Counted from the first letter of the stretch, positions 33,803-43,784 are shown. The stretch is 64,000 nucleotides of DNA from an uncultured Deferribacterales bacterium (GCA_964519265.1 CAZFHX010000009.1:11450-75449), one strand, 5' to 3'. Program-made: numbers and translations. Notes: generated by a model from the sequence alone, not told the origin.

Positions 33803-36175
33803 TTACTTCAATTTAGTGGAAAAATATGTAAATCTTTTGGATCTATCGGGAAATTTGATCAAAGCCTTGTCTAAATAGCGTTTTGCATCTGATTTTTTGT
33901 TGAGCTTTAAATAACCTTCTATAGCTGCGGCATACAGCTCAGGATCGTTAAATTTCTCTATCCCCAACATCTCAAAGATCTTTGTCCCCTCTTCGTAGTT
34001 TCCCTTTCTTATGAGGGCAAATGCATAGTAAACCATTATCTCTTCATCGTTAGCAAAGGCGTTGTAAGCTTTGATAAATGAGTCTACAGCATCATTTATC
34101 CGCCCCATATTAAGATAAACCTTACCACTTGTGAGAAGTTGCTCCGCTAAAAGGATATTTTTTATATCTATCTTTTTATTCGGTTTACCAGATTCATTTT
34201 TTTGAATAAGGGAGTCGTATGCATATTTTATAATTTCAAATATCTCCCTTGCCAACTGCTTCCCCTGGGGGTCAGTCACAAGATCGGGGTGATATTTTTT
34301 AGAAAACTTGAGATAGGTCTGCTTAATCTTTTCCAAACTATGATCTCCACCCTTCACATCGAAGATCTCCTCTGGTGTCATCTGCTTTATCTTGTTTAGA
34401 TACTCCTGCAACTCTTTCAGTGGTATCTCAGGTTCTTCATATTCTTTTATATAACCCAACCTGTAGAGGACATTTAAGGTAGCCATTTCGTACTCATTTA
34501 GATTTTCCAGCTCATCAGAAGACAACCTTCCATCTTTGAAGCGATCTAAAAGATTTACCAACAACCCTATATTATCAAACTCTGAAACTAAGACATTCCT
34601 ATCCTTCAAAAGCTCGTAATCTGCCTGGATATTCAACTCGTTCTTTAACTTCACTCTACCATTTACAATGGACAGTAGCAGCATAAAAAGCATATTAAAA
34701 TCGTACTCAATATCTATCGGTATCGTCTTGTCATACACAAAAATCGATGAAAATACCTCACTACCTAAGATTTCGTAAAAGAGCATATTCTCGTAAACTT
34801 CCAAAACACCCCTTATATCATCGAAAGAGTAGTTGTTCTTTTCCATAAAATTCGTAAAAAAAGTTATAAAATCGTCAGATGCATCCACTTGAAATGTTAC
34901 AAACACACTGGTCTTTTCGTGCAAAAACTTTGATATGGAAAAATCATCAGATATGGAATATAAAAATACAAGTTTCCCTTGCTTAAAAAAAAGTTTTGCC
35001 GTCATGATGTTGGTCACAATCTCAAGCTCACCAGTCAATTCCCGCTTGTAAATATCGAGTAGGACGGAAATAATATCGTTGGACATCACCTCTGTCTTGT
35101 TTTTTTCCTGCTGCTTTATCAATAAAAGCCCTAATTTATGCAACTTATCGATTATAAGATAAAGCTCTGCCTTTGTAATGTTGACTACCTTAGACAGTTT
35201 AGCCACCGTTGGATAATCATCCATTCTTGATAAAACGAAACCCTCCACTGGAGATATATAGATCTTTTCATCGAGCAATTTGAGCCTATTCACAGAAAAA
35301 ATGGTATTCTCGCCGCCAAATTTTTTCGTAAAATATTTAGTTATGTAAAGCACCATATTGTCGTAAAACTTCTTAATCTGATCATTCTGGTAGCCGGAGT
35401 TTAGTATCGATATTATACTTTTGAGGGATTCGTATATCTTATTTTTATTGAACAGCTCCAAAGCCACTATAAACTTAACTATAGGGTCCTCAGGCTCCAC
35501 AAACTCTTTCTCAGAAACGATCTTCATCGTTCCATTGATTATTCCTGTATAGATCTGTTCATAAGTAGAAAAGTAATCCCCACCTATCTCCCTAACGATC
35601 TCCCCCACAGATTTTGTACCATCAGCATACTTTTTTAATGGGTTCTGTTCATCCTTAACCACAATAACGGAATTTTGGGAGAACACCTTAAAAAACCTCG
35701 ACATATCATCCTTTCTTCTGAGCCCTTCCAGAATAAGAAAATCAACAGGCATAGATACCATCGTATCCCTGACATCCTTTTCATCGAATACAAAAAATCC
35801 GCTCTCCCAATTTAAAATATGATAGACCACTTCCTCTACCTGTATTTCAAGAATCCTCTTTACACTTGATTCATCAAGGAAATTATACTCAATCAAAACT
35901 TGACCAATCGGTATTTTTAACTGCTTTTGTAGAGAAAGCCCCTTAACCAGACTACTTTTATTCAGCATTTTGTACCTAAGCAAAAGTTGACCTACAAGAA
36001 GAGAAGGTATATTGGAAGTGACATAGACAATTCTACCGTTTTTGAAGATGATATTTACTTCATCATTATCTTTTTGAAGGTGCAACTCTCCATTCTTATT
36101 GGAAAAGGCGATCCACTGAAAAACTTCGGTAATCGGCATCGCTTTGAGATCGCCAACAAGCCCTTTACTGACCAT
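33803..36175 (-). CDS. PATAN (DUF4388) x2 - DnaJ J-domain - TPR multidomain protein
   Basis: 790 aa. N-terminal LVGDLKAMPITEVFQWIAFSNKNGELHLQKD..VNIIFKNGRIVYV is DUF4388. A second copy lies near aa 380 (LTGELEIVTNIMTAKLFFKQGKLVFLY). The J-domain has HPD (LKFSKKYHPDLV), and TPR repeats close the C-terminus. Confidence 0.8.
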   Translation of the reverse strand: MVSKGLVGDLKAMPITEVFQWIAFSNKNGELHLQKDNDEVNIIFKNGRIVYVTSNIPSLLVGQLLLRYKMLNKSSLVKGLSLQKQLKIPIGQVLIEYNFLDESSVKRILEIQVEEVVYHILNWESGFFVFDEKDVRDTMVSMPVDFLILEGLRRKDDMSRFFKVFSQNSVIVVKDEQNPLKKYADGTKSVGEIVREIGGDYFSTYEQIYTGIINGTMKIVSEKEFVEPEDPIVKFIVALELFNKNKIYESLKSIISILNSGYQNDQIKKFYDNMVLYITKYFTKKFGGENTIFSVNRLKLLDEKIYISPVEGFVLSRMDDYPTVAKLSKVVNITKAELYLIIDKLHKLGLLLIKQQEKNKTEVMSNDIISVLLDIYKRELTGELEIVTNIMTAKLFFKQGKLVFLYSISDDFSISKFLHEKTSVFVTFQVDASDDFITFFTNFMEKNNYSFDDIRGVLEVYENMLFYEILGSEVFSSIFVYDKTIPIDIEYDFNMLFMLLLSIVNGRVKLKNELNIQADYELLKDRNVLVSEFDNIGLLVNLLDRFKDGRLSSDELENLNEYEMATLNVLYRLGYIKEYEEPEIPLKELQEYLNKIKQMTPEEIFDVKGGDHSLEKIKQTYLKFSKKYHPDLVTDPQGKQLAREIFEIIKYAYDSLIQKNESGKPNKKIDIKNILLAEQLLTSGKVYLNMGRINDAVDSFIKAYNAFANDEEIMVYYAFALIRKGNYEEGTKIFEMLGIEKFNDPELYAAAIEGYLKLNKKSDAKRYLDKALIKFPDRSKRFTYFSTKLK

Positions 36176-36932
36176 TTATAACCCTTAAAAGTTTATCATG
36201 TATATAGCCATTCGATGCAACAATAAAATCGGACAAAAGATCAAAATCTTCACCATTTCTTCCAGAAACCTTACCTCCAGCCTCCTCCAAAATGATAACC
36301 CCAGCGGCAACATCCCACGGTTTTAAGTTAGCTTCATAATACCCTTGAAATACCCCCTTTGCTACATAACATAGATCCAAAGAGGCAGAACCAGCCCTTC
36401 TTATACCCCTGCTGTTTTTCAGGACAGACTTTAGTATATCAAGGAGATAATCCTTTCCACCATCAACGATGGAATACGGAAATCCTGTGGCTATAAGACT
36501 TTTTATGATCTCATCTTCTTTACTTACCGTGATCTTTTTGTCGTTGCAAAAAGCTCCTTTACCACTTTCTGCATAGAATAGTTCATTCAAAATAGGGTTA
36601 TAAACAACACCTATTCGGCAACTTTTTGAAATAAACCCCACCGATATGGCACAAAAAGGGAAACCATGAACAAAATTTGTAGTCCCATCTATCGGATCGA
36701 TAAAAAAACTCCCCACTTCATTGTAATCTATGTTTTCATTAAACTCTTCAGAGATAAAAATCGATTCAGGAAAAGATCTTTTCAATTCATCCAAAAGATA
36801 GTTTTCGATCTTTCTATCATATTCCGTTACAAGATCGATGGTTCCTTTAAAATCAATTTCCAATCTGGAATAGTAACCTTCACTTAAAATTTTACCAGCA
36901 GTCAACACGATGTCTATTATTTTATTCAACAT
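36165..36932 (-). CDS. inositol monophosphatase family protein (SuhB-like)
   Basis: 255 aa with SEE, IDPIDGTTNF and WDVAAG motifs. Confidence 0.88.
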   Translation of the reverse strand: MLNKIIDIVLTAGKILSEGYYSRLEIDFKGTIDLVTEYDRKIENYLLDELKRSFPESIFISEEFNENIDYNEVGSFFIDPIDGTTNFVHGFPFCAISVGFISKSCRIGVVYNPILNELFYAESGKGAFCNDKKITVSKEDEIIKSLIATGFPYSIVDGGKDYLLDILKSVLKNSRGIRRAGSASLDLCYVAKGVFQGYYEANLKPWDVAAGVIILEEAGGKVSGRNGEDFDLLSDFIVASNGYIHDKLLRVINGQ

Positions 36933-36981
36933 AGTCCATTATAATACCAAAAAAATCGTTTATGCAATAGAATTTTGCAGA

Positions 36982-38019
36982 TTATTTGTCGAAAAATACA
37001 GACAATTCACCCAACCTTGACAAACATCTCAGTAATTTTTTCTGAAAGCATGACTCTAACATCTCTTTGGAGAATAGATCATGAGGCTGGCATGATGTCT
37101 TGACAAAGATACTTGTATTGTAATAATAGCAGCTATCTATGAAATGGGCAAATCTTAGAGCATCGTTTAGATGAGGAAACGGCTCAAGCCCATCAATAAA
37201 GAGAGATTCCACCTTTTCAGGAATAACAAAGTATTTGAATGGATGATTATCCACAAGCACCTTGATTAACTCATCCACTTTTACGAGCATCTTAGATTCG
37301 GAGGTATCATGCTTGAAAAATTCATAGAAGTGATCATCGGTCACCTTTCTTTTTACCTGATGTTTCTTCTTGCGGTAATCCTCACCTTCAACTATCACAG
37401 TTTTGAATGTGTTTGCAATAACCCCCAACTCCTTTGTGAACTCATCTGCCTGAAACCTAAATTTACCCAAATCGGAGGGTAGAGTGTTTGATGTGGTAAT
37501 GATAAGTGTATTTTTGTTTATGTTGGCAAAAAACTTTGCGATCATCCTCGTAGTTGCAGGATCATCGAGTTCAAACTCATCTATGAGCAAAAGATCAATT
37601 TTTGAAAACTCCTCTATACATTTCTCCACTCCCCAGTAAACGAAAAAATAGTTCAGATCACCGAAACTCATAAATGCTTTCTTAACATTAGCTGTGTTGT
37701 AGCATGCAGATATCAGATGTGTCTTACCCACACCATACCCACCATCGATATATAGATTCTTGACGGGCAACCCCTCTTCCTCTTTTTTTGAAAAAAGACC
37801 AAAAAAACCCCTTTTATTAGACTTTGGTTTGTTTTTAAACTCATTTAATCTATTGATCTTGTCGATCAAGGTCTCTTTTATGTAATACTGGGAAGGGTAG
37901 TTGTCATCGGGGATATAGTTTTCAAATGTACAATGGGAAAACTTAGGATGTGGCCTTAAATTTTCAAAACACTTTTCTATTGACACTTCAAACGATATAT
38001 CATCTATACTATAAATCAT
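36982..38019 (-). CDS. zapE: AFG1/ZapE-family ATPase
   Basis: 345 aa. Walker A GGYGVGKTHL, Walker B LLLIDEFELDD, and AFG1-like length and layout. Confidence 0.8.
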   Translation of the reverse strand: MIYSIDDISFEVSIEKCFENLRPHPKFSHCTFENYIPDDNYPSQYYIKETLIDKINRLNEFKNKPKSNKRGFFGLFSKKEEEGLPVKNLYIDGGYGVGKTHLISACYNTANVKKAFMSFGDLNYFFVYWGVEKCIEEFSKIDLLLIDEFELDDPATTRMIAKFFANINKNTLIITTSNTLPSDLGKFRFQADEFTKELGVIANTFKTVIVEGEDYRKKKHQVKRKVTDDHFYEFFKHDTSESKMLVKVDELIKVLVDNHPFKYFVIPEKVESLFIDGLEPFPHLNDALRFAHFIDSCYYYNTSIFVKTSCQPHDLFSKEMLESCFQKKLLRCLSRLGELSVFFDK

Positions 38020-38102
38020 ACCTTACCTTTACCGTTATTTTGAAGGAGAATTATTACAAAATTTGTATGATAAAATCAAGCAGTATTTGAAAATCTTGAA
38101 AC

Positions 38103-38125
38103 AAAAAATGGGGGCATACGCCCCC
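38103..38125 (-). terminator. rho-independent terminator of gltA
   Basis: Minus strand: GGGGGC-GTAT-GCCCCC followed by ATTTTTTGT. Confidence 0.8.
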
Positions 38126-38150
38126 TTTATTTTTACTGCTTTATTATAAT

Positions 38151-39476
38151 TTATAATTGTGGAGGATTTGCAGCCCACTGCTCAAGCATGTCTGTTGTAA
38201 CAGACTTAGGTCTTTCGATTGGATATCCAAGACCTCTATCCCAAGTAATGTTAGCCATACAACCCAACGCTCTACCAACACCGAAGAGTACAGTGTAGAA
38301 ATCCCACTCTCTTACACCATAGTACCACTGAATTACACCAGACTGAGCATCAACATTTGGCCATGGGTTCTTAGCCTTACCATGCTTCATCAATACATCT
38401 GGAGCAACTTCATAGATCATAGAAACAACCTTGAAGAGAGGATCATCTCTCAATCCAGGAGTTTCAAGACAGAAATTCCTCTGAGCAGTGTATCTTGGGT
38501 CTGTCTTACGAAGAACTGCATGACCATAACCTGGGATAACCTGTCCAGAGTTAAGTGTATCCCAAAGAGCCTGCTCAATAAGCTCTTTTGTAGGCTCAGC
38601 ACCTTTTAAATACTTCTCCTCAAACTTGATTATCCAATCAAGCACTTCCTGGTTTGCAAGACCATGAAGTGGGCCTGCAAGACCATTAAGACCAGCAGAG
38701 TAAGCATAGTATGGATCTGAAAGAGCAGAGTGAACAAGGTGAGTAGTATGAGCAGAAACATTACCAGACTCATGGTCAGAGTGAAGGATAAAGTACATTC
38801 TTGCAACATCAGCATACTCTTTGCACTGACCGATCATATGAGCAAAGTTTGCTCCCATATCGAGAGATGGATCTGGAGCTACCTGGAAGTCTCCTCTGTA
38901 CTTGAGGTTGTATATGAAAGCAGCGATTATTGGGATACGAGCAACAAGATCATAAGCATCTTCATACACATATTCCCAAGCAACTTTCTTGTTGAAGTTA
39001 CCTGAGCTATAGAACTTAGCAAACTTAGAATCTTTCTGAAGAGCCAAGATACCAGTAGAAAGCATTACCATTGGATGGCTATCTCTTGGAAGAGCTCTGA
39101 TCACATCCCATACATAAGAAGGAACTACCTGACGAACCTTCCACTCTTTGAGAACCTCATCTACCTGCTCCTGAGTTGGGATGTCACCAGTGAGCAAGAA
39201 ATACCAGAAAGCTTCAACTGTTGGATATTTTGAACCTGGAGCTTTTGGAAGAGCCTCAAAAGTCTCAGGAATAGTTTTACCACGGAATCTAATACCTTCA
39301 TGTGGATCAAGATAAGAAATATCTGTAACAAGACATTTAATATCTCTCATTCCACCCAATGCCTGGCTGATAGTTACCTTGTCAATAACAACATTAGCAA
39401 ATTCCTTGTTGAGTCTTTGGGTCCTTACACTGTGCTCGGCTATCTTTTTAGCCAATGTTTGCTTTAATTGAGACAT
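38151..39476 (-). CDS. gltA: citrate synthase
   Basis: Signature PGYGHAVLRKTDPR plus catalytic His/Asp context. I prefer the ATG 39476 start (GGAGGT SD 5 nt upstream, protein MSQLKQ...). The track start at 39515 adds 13 aa. Confidence 0.92.
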   Translation of the reverse strand: MSQLKQTLAKKIAEHSVRTQRLNKEFANVVIDKVTISQALGGMRDIKCLVTDISYLDPHEGIRFRGKTIPETFEALPKAPGSKYPTVEAFWYFLLTGDIPTQEQVDEVLKEWKVRQVVPSYVWDVIRALPRDSHPMVMLSTGILALQKDSKFAKFYSSGNFNKKVAWEYVYEDAYDLVARIPIIAAFIYNLKYRGDFQVAPDPSLDMGANFAHMIGQCKEYADVARMYFILHSDHESGNVSAHTTHLVHSALSDPYYAYSAGLNGLAGPLHGLANQEVLDWIIKFEEKYLKGAEPTKELIEQALWDTLNSGQVIPGYGHAVLRKTDPRYTAQRNFCLETPGLRDDPLFKVVSMIYEVAPDVLMKHGKAKNPWPNVDAQSGVIQWYYGVREWDFYTVLFGVGRALGCMANITWDRGLGYPIERPKSVTTDMLEQWAANPPQL

Positions 39477-39545
39477 ATGTGACCTCCTGTTTTTAATTGG
39501 TAAATTATAAACCACTGTTTATTTTCTATCATCAAAAAGAGAATT

Positions 39546-39580
39546 TGTCAACAGATTTATTGTATACAATATACAAATTA
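39546..39580 (-). promoter_or_regulatory. gltA promoter region: the same 20-nt palindromic box plus TTGACA -35
   Basis: Minus strand: TAATTTGTATATTGTATACA (39580-39561), 9 nt, TTGACA (39551-39546), 17 nt, TAGAAA. Confidence 0.55.
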
Positions 39581-39769
39581 CATTCACAGACATTATTGTT
39601 TTTATTGATAAATTAGATTATTAAAACTTATAATAAAAATTAAAAAAATATTTTAATATGAAACATTACCAAAAAACTGTTTTCAAAAACAAACTGTATT
39701 ATCTTTTAGTTATAACATAACATAGAAATTTTAGTTGAATAACTTCGAAAAATTTATTAGTTTCGAAGA

Positions 39770-40609
39770 ATGTTAGGTGTTTCCCTTATCATATTCAGCG
39801 CTTTGATGCATGCTCTATGGAATTTTTTTCTCAAAAAATCCACAGACAAACATATATTTAACTATCAGATGCACACCTTTAATTTAGCATTGATGACAAT
39901 AGCTTACCCTATCTTTTTCAGAAAATATATACATTTTGATATCAGACCCATTGCTTACGGATTTTTAGCAGGCATATTCTTCTCTGCATACCACCTCTTT
40001 CTGAGTCAAAGTTATAAAACAGAAGATGTATCAAAAGTCTATCCCATCACCACATCATCACCAATATTTGTGACGGTTTTAGCAATAATATTTCTGGGAG
40101 AAAAAATTTCCCTCATCGGTTTTATAGGTATCTTAACTGTAATATTTGGAATACTGATACTAAACATGAATTCCATAGGGGGCATAAGGTTTACAAAAGG
40201 GGTATTATTCGCCATTCTATCATCGATCGCCTATTCTTTTGGTGCCATTATAGAAAAATCTGGAGTTGGAAAGGGGAATATCTTTTTATATATATATTCT
40301 GTAACCTTCTTCATGACCCTTTTTCTCTTTATATATTCCAAAAAGCACTCTCAAGGTCATGTAAAGTTTGTCAAAGAAAACCTACACCTCTTGATACCAG
40401 CAAGTGCCGTTCTTTTCCTATCAGTGGTCACATACAGATTCGGCCTTGAGAAAATAAATGTATCCTACGCTACATCGATAAGGCAGATCAATGCTCTTTT
40501 TGGCGTTTTTATTGGTGTTTTACTCCTCAAAGAACCTTTTGAGAAAAAGAGAGTCATCGGAGCCATCACTATCATACTGGGAATTATTTTCATCAAAAGT
40601 GGCATGTAA
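39770..40609 (+). CDS. EamA/DMT-family transporter
   Basis: 279 aa with 10 predicted TM helices arranged as two EamA repeats. Confidence 0.85.
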   Translation: MLGVSLIIFSALMHALWNFFLKKSTDKHIFNYQMHTFNLALMTIAYPIFFRKYIHFDIRPIAYGFLAGIFFSAYHLFLSQSYKTEDVSKVYPITTSSPIFVTVLAIIFLGEKISLIGFIGILTVIFGILILNMNSIGGIRFTKGVLFAILSSIAYSFGAIIEKSGVGKGNIFLYIYSVTFFMTLFLFIYSKKHSQGHVKFVKENLHLLIPASAVLFLSVVTYRFGLEKINVSYATSIRQINALFGVFIGVLLLKEPFEKKRVIGAITIILGIIFIKSGM

Positions 40610-40682
40610 GATTGGCATAAAAAATGCTATATCATCTATGAAAAGTAGTGGAACAACCACGCTTTTAAGAAGGACCGTCACC

Positions 40683-40710
40683 TGCCGGCTGGATGCCGGC
40701 ACCTTTTTTT
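40683..40710 (+). terminator. rho-independent terminator after the EamA gene
   Basis: GCCGGC-TGGAT-GCCGGC stem-loop (40684-40700) followed by ACC-T7. Confidence 0.7.
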
Positions 40711-40712
40711 AT

Positions 40713-40741
40713 TTGATTTTTGAAGACTTTTATTGTATAGT
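40713..40741 (+). promoter_or_regulatory. candidate sigma-70 promoter for the crotonase-polA-...-csd4 gene string
   Basis: TTGATT (40713-40718), 17-nt spacer, TATAGT (40736-40741). Confidence 0.45.
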
Positions 40742-40765
40742 TTCCATATATTTGCGAGGTGTGTA

Positions 40766-41407
40766 TTGATAGATCTAAATATTATCGGAGAAATAGCCAA
40801 GATCACCCTGACCCCAGATGAAAAGTTTAACATTTTAAGTCCGACAAATATAAAAAAACTCACATCAACCTTCGAGCAACTCAAAGATACCCAAGTGAAG
40901 TGTATCATAGTTTATGGTGAAGGTGGATCGTTCGCCGTAGGAGCAAATATAAAACAGATGTATGAGTATGATGGATTCATGGCAAAGGGGTTTTCGATTT
41001 TGGGCAATAAACTTTTTACACTAATGTCGGATCTACCTCAAATTATAATTGCCGAGATCGATGGATTTTGTATGGGTGGTGGTGTAGATTTCGCCGCAGC
41101 ATGCGATTTTAGATTTGCTACCATAAAAAGTAAGTTTGCACATCCAGGTGCCCAATTGGGGATAATCACAGGTTTTGGTGGCACCCAAAGGCTTCCGAGA
41201 CTGATGAAACAAAACGCCATATCTGAGATATTTCTAACCGGCGAACTTTTCGATGCAAAATTCATGTTTGAATCATACTTCCTAAACGGTATATTTGAAA
41301 ATTACCAAGAATTATCCAAAAATACCGAGAAGATAGCCCAGAAGATCACCTCAAAAAATAAAATTTTCCTCAGAGAATTAAAAAATACGCCTAATAGGAA
41401 ATGCTGA
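40766..41407 (+). CDS. enoyl-CoA hydratase/isomerase (crotonase) family protein
   Basis: Crotonase fold with GEGGSFAVGANI and the oxyanion-hole region GFCMGGGVDFAAACD. I prefer the TTG 40766 start (GAGGTG SD). The track's TTG 40733 lies inside the putative promoter spacer. Confidence 0.75.
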   Translation: MIDLNIIGEIAKITLTPDEKFNILSPTNIKKLTSTFEQLKDTQVKCIIVYGEGGSFAVGANIKQMYEYDGFMAKGFSILGNKLFTLMSDLPQIIIAEIDGFCMGGGVDFAAACDFRFATIKSKFAHPGAQLGIITGFGGTQRLPRLMKQNAISEIFLTGELFDAKFMFESYFLNGIFENYQELSKNTEKIAQKITSKNKIFLRELKNTPNRKC

Positions 41408-41408
41408 A

Positions 41409-43784
41409 ATGATCATTATTGTTGATGGACACTCCCTCGCGTACAAAATATTTTATAAAACACCCCCTCTTTATAACTCTCAGAAGATTCCAACCTCTAT
41501 GATCCATTCCTTTTTAAACACAATATTATCCATTAGAGAAAAATTTGATCCTGAAAGGATGATCGTAGTTTTCGATTCCAAAGGGGAAACATTTAGACAT
41601 GAGATTTTTACAGATTACAAGGCAAACCGATCTAAAGCTCCTGAGGATCTCATCGTTCAAGTTGAACTTTTAAAGAAGATCATCCCTCTACTCAATATCG
41701 AACTCTATGCAAAAGAGGGGTTTGAAGCAGATGACCTCATCTATACTTTTTCAGTTGATTCAAAGGATCCCGTTTTAATTGTAACAAAGGACAAAGATCT
41801 TGCCCAAATAGTAAGCGACAAAATAAAAATATTGGATTATCAAACAAGTGAAGTTCTTGATAGAAAAAAAGTATACGAAAAGTTTGGCATTTACCCCGAG
41901 CAGATAATAGACTATCTTGCCCTCACAGGGGATAGCTCAGATAACATCCCCGGTGTAAAAGGGATAGGGGAGAAAACAGCCCTCTCACTCCTGAATGAAT
42001 TTGGTAGTCTCGACAATATCTATAAAAATTTGGAAAAAATCAAACCTTCCATCAAGGAAAAATTAGAAAAAGATAGAGATATGGCCTATCTAAGCAGAGA
42101 CCTCGTAACCCTCAAATACTTGGACGATGCAAACACCGCCAAACTGCAATCAGATGGTGATTTGGAAAAGATTTTATCAGAACTTGAACTAAAATCTATT
42201 TACAAGAGGATCTTCGGTGAAAATAAAAAAGTTTTACTCACACGAAGAGAGGTAAGTAAACCCGAGGTCATTGCCTTTTTAAACGGAAAAATATACTTGG
42301 CAGACGGCAAAAATTACCAAGAGTCTGACAACCTGTACGACATAAATTGCGAATACTTCTACAACCTAAAAGATCTCATCAAACATTACAATATAAGTAC
42401 AGATAACATCAAAGATTTAGAGATCCTTAGCTGGCTAACCGATCCCGATACAGGAACTATCAAATTTACCGAACAAGATACAATCGAATCTTTCTTCGAA
42501 AAACTTTTTTATCAAAAAGATAAAATTATAAAAAAGATGGAAGAATACGATCTATGGGAACTGTATTGGGGGATAGAGCACAAGATAATCCAGATCTTAG
42601 CAGATATGGAAAAGATAGGTATAAAATTAGATCCCATAAGACTCAAAGAAACCGATGAAAAGATAAGAGTCCTATTAAGCAATGAAAAGAAACATATCGA
42701 CAGTATCCTTGGCGAAGATATCAACCTAAACTCTCCAAAACAGCTATCTTTTGTACTTTTTGAAAAACTTAAGATGATCCCATTCAAAAAGAATAAAACA
42801 GGGTTTTCTACAGATGAGGACTCCCTGAGAAATATGATTTCACTCAATCCATCATACGAAGAACTACTCAAAGCCATATTGAGATACCGTGAATACAGTA
42901 AATTGATATCGACCTACACATCAAAACTCTCCGAATACATCAATCCACAAACCAAACGGATACACACTCAATTCAAACAAACAGGAACCGCCACAGGAAG
43001 ACTATCCTCAAACAATCCAAACTTACAGAATATACCACAAAAAGGTGAATTAGGCTCTGAGATAAGATCCGCATTTATTGCTGAAGATGGGTATTCATTT
43101 TTATCTGTGGATTACTCCCAAATAGAGTTGAGGATATTAGCCCATATTACTGATGATGAAGGTTTAAAAGAGGCATTCGAAAAAGATCTCGACATTCATA
43201 ATCTAACTGCGATGAAGGTTTTTGGTCTTAAAGAGTCAGAAATTACAAAAGAAATAAGAAGAATAGCAAAAGCGGTAAACTTCGGTATAATCTACGGTTT
43301 AAGCCCTTACGGATTATCAAGGGATGTGGGGATATCCCAAACCGAAGCAAAGAACTTTATAAAAAAATATTTTGATACATACCCTAAGGTAAAAAAATAC
43401 ATGACAGATATCGTCAATGAGGCAGAAGAGAAAGGCTTTGTAAGCACAATCTGTAAAAGACCCCGATTTATACCCGACATAAAAAGTGCCAACAACACAG
43501 TAAAACAGAGGGCAGAAAGGATCGCCATCAATTCCCCCATTCAAGGATCAGCCGCAGACATCATAAAACTTGCAATGATAAAAAGCTATGAGTACCTTCG
43601 AGATCAGAAAATAGATGGAAAACTTATCCTTCAAATTCATGACGAACTAATTTTTGAAATAAATGATAAAGATATTGACAAAACTGCCAAAGATATTAAA
43701 GTAATTATGGAAAGCATTTACCCTCTAAAAGTACCACTCAAGGTAAATGTGAGTATTTCGAGAAATCTTGGAGAACTTAAGTGA
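41409..43784 (+). CDS. polA: DNA polymerase I (5'-nuclease plus polymerase; vestigial 3'-5' exonuclease region)
   Basis: 791 aa. 5'-3' exonuclease/FEN domain (GDSSDNIPGVKGIGEKTA), pol motif A DYSQIELR, motif B RRIAKAVNFGIIYG and motif C QIHDELIFE. Confidence 0.95.
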   Translation: MIIIVDGHSLAYKIFYKTPPLYNSQKIPTSMIHSFLNTILSIREKFDPERMIVVFDSKGETFRHEIFTDYKANRSKAPEDLIVQVELLKKIIPLLNIELYAKEGFEADDLIYTFSVDSKDPVLIVTKDKDLAQIVSDKIKILDYQTSEVLDRKKVYEKFGIYPEQIIDYLALTGDSSDNIPGVKGIGEKTALSLLNEFGSLDNIYKNLEKIKPSIKEKLEKDRDMAYLSRDLVTLKYLDDANTAKLQSDGDLEKILSELELKSIYKRIFGENKKVLLTRREVSKPEVIAFLNGKIYLADGKNYQESDNLYDINCEYFYNLKDLIKHYNISTDNIKDLEILSWLTDPDTGTIKFTEQDTIESFFEKLFYQKDKIIKKMEEYDLWELYWGIEHKIIQILADMEKIGIKLDPIRLKETDEKIRVLLSNEKKHIDSILGEDINLNSPKQLSFVLFEKLKMIPFKKNKTGFSTDEDSLRNMISLNPSYEELLKAILRYREYSKLISTYTSKLSEYINPQTKRIHTQFKQTGTATGRLSSNNPNLQNIPQKGELGSEIRSAFIAEDGYSFLSVDYSQIELRILAHITDDEGLKEAFEKDLDIHNLTAMKVFGLKESEITKEIRRIAKAVNFGIIYGLSPYGLSRDVGISQTEAKNFIKKYFDTYPKVKKYMTDIVNEAEEKGFVSTICKRPRFIPDIKSANNTVKQRAERIAINSPIQGSAADIIKLAMIKSYEYLRDQKIDGKLILQIHDELIFEINDKDIDKTAKDIKVIMESIYPLKVPLKVNVSISRNLGELK

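Noticed and set aside
36982-38019. The AFG1-like ATPase as a possible defence-system NTPase
   Set aside because: Its length, Walker motifs and overall pattern fit housekeeping ZapE/AFG1. It is flanked by suhB-like and gltA, with no nuclease or effector partner.
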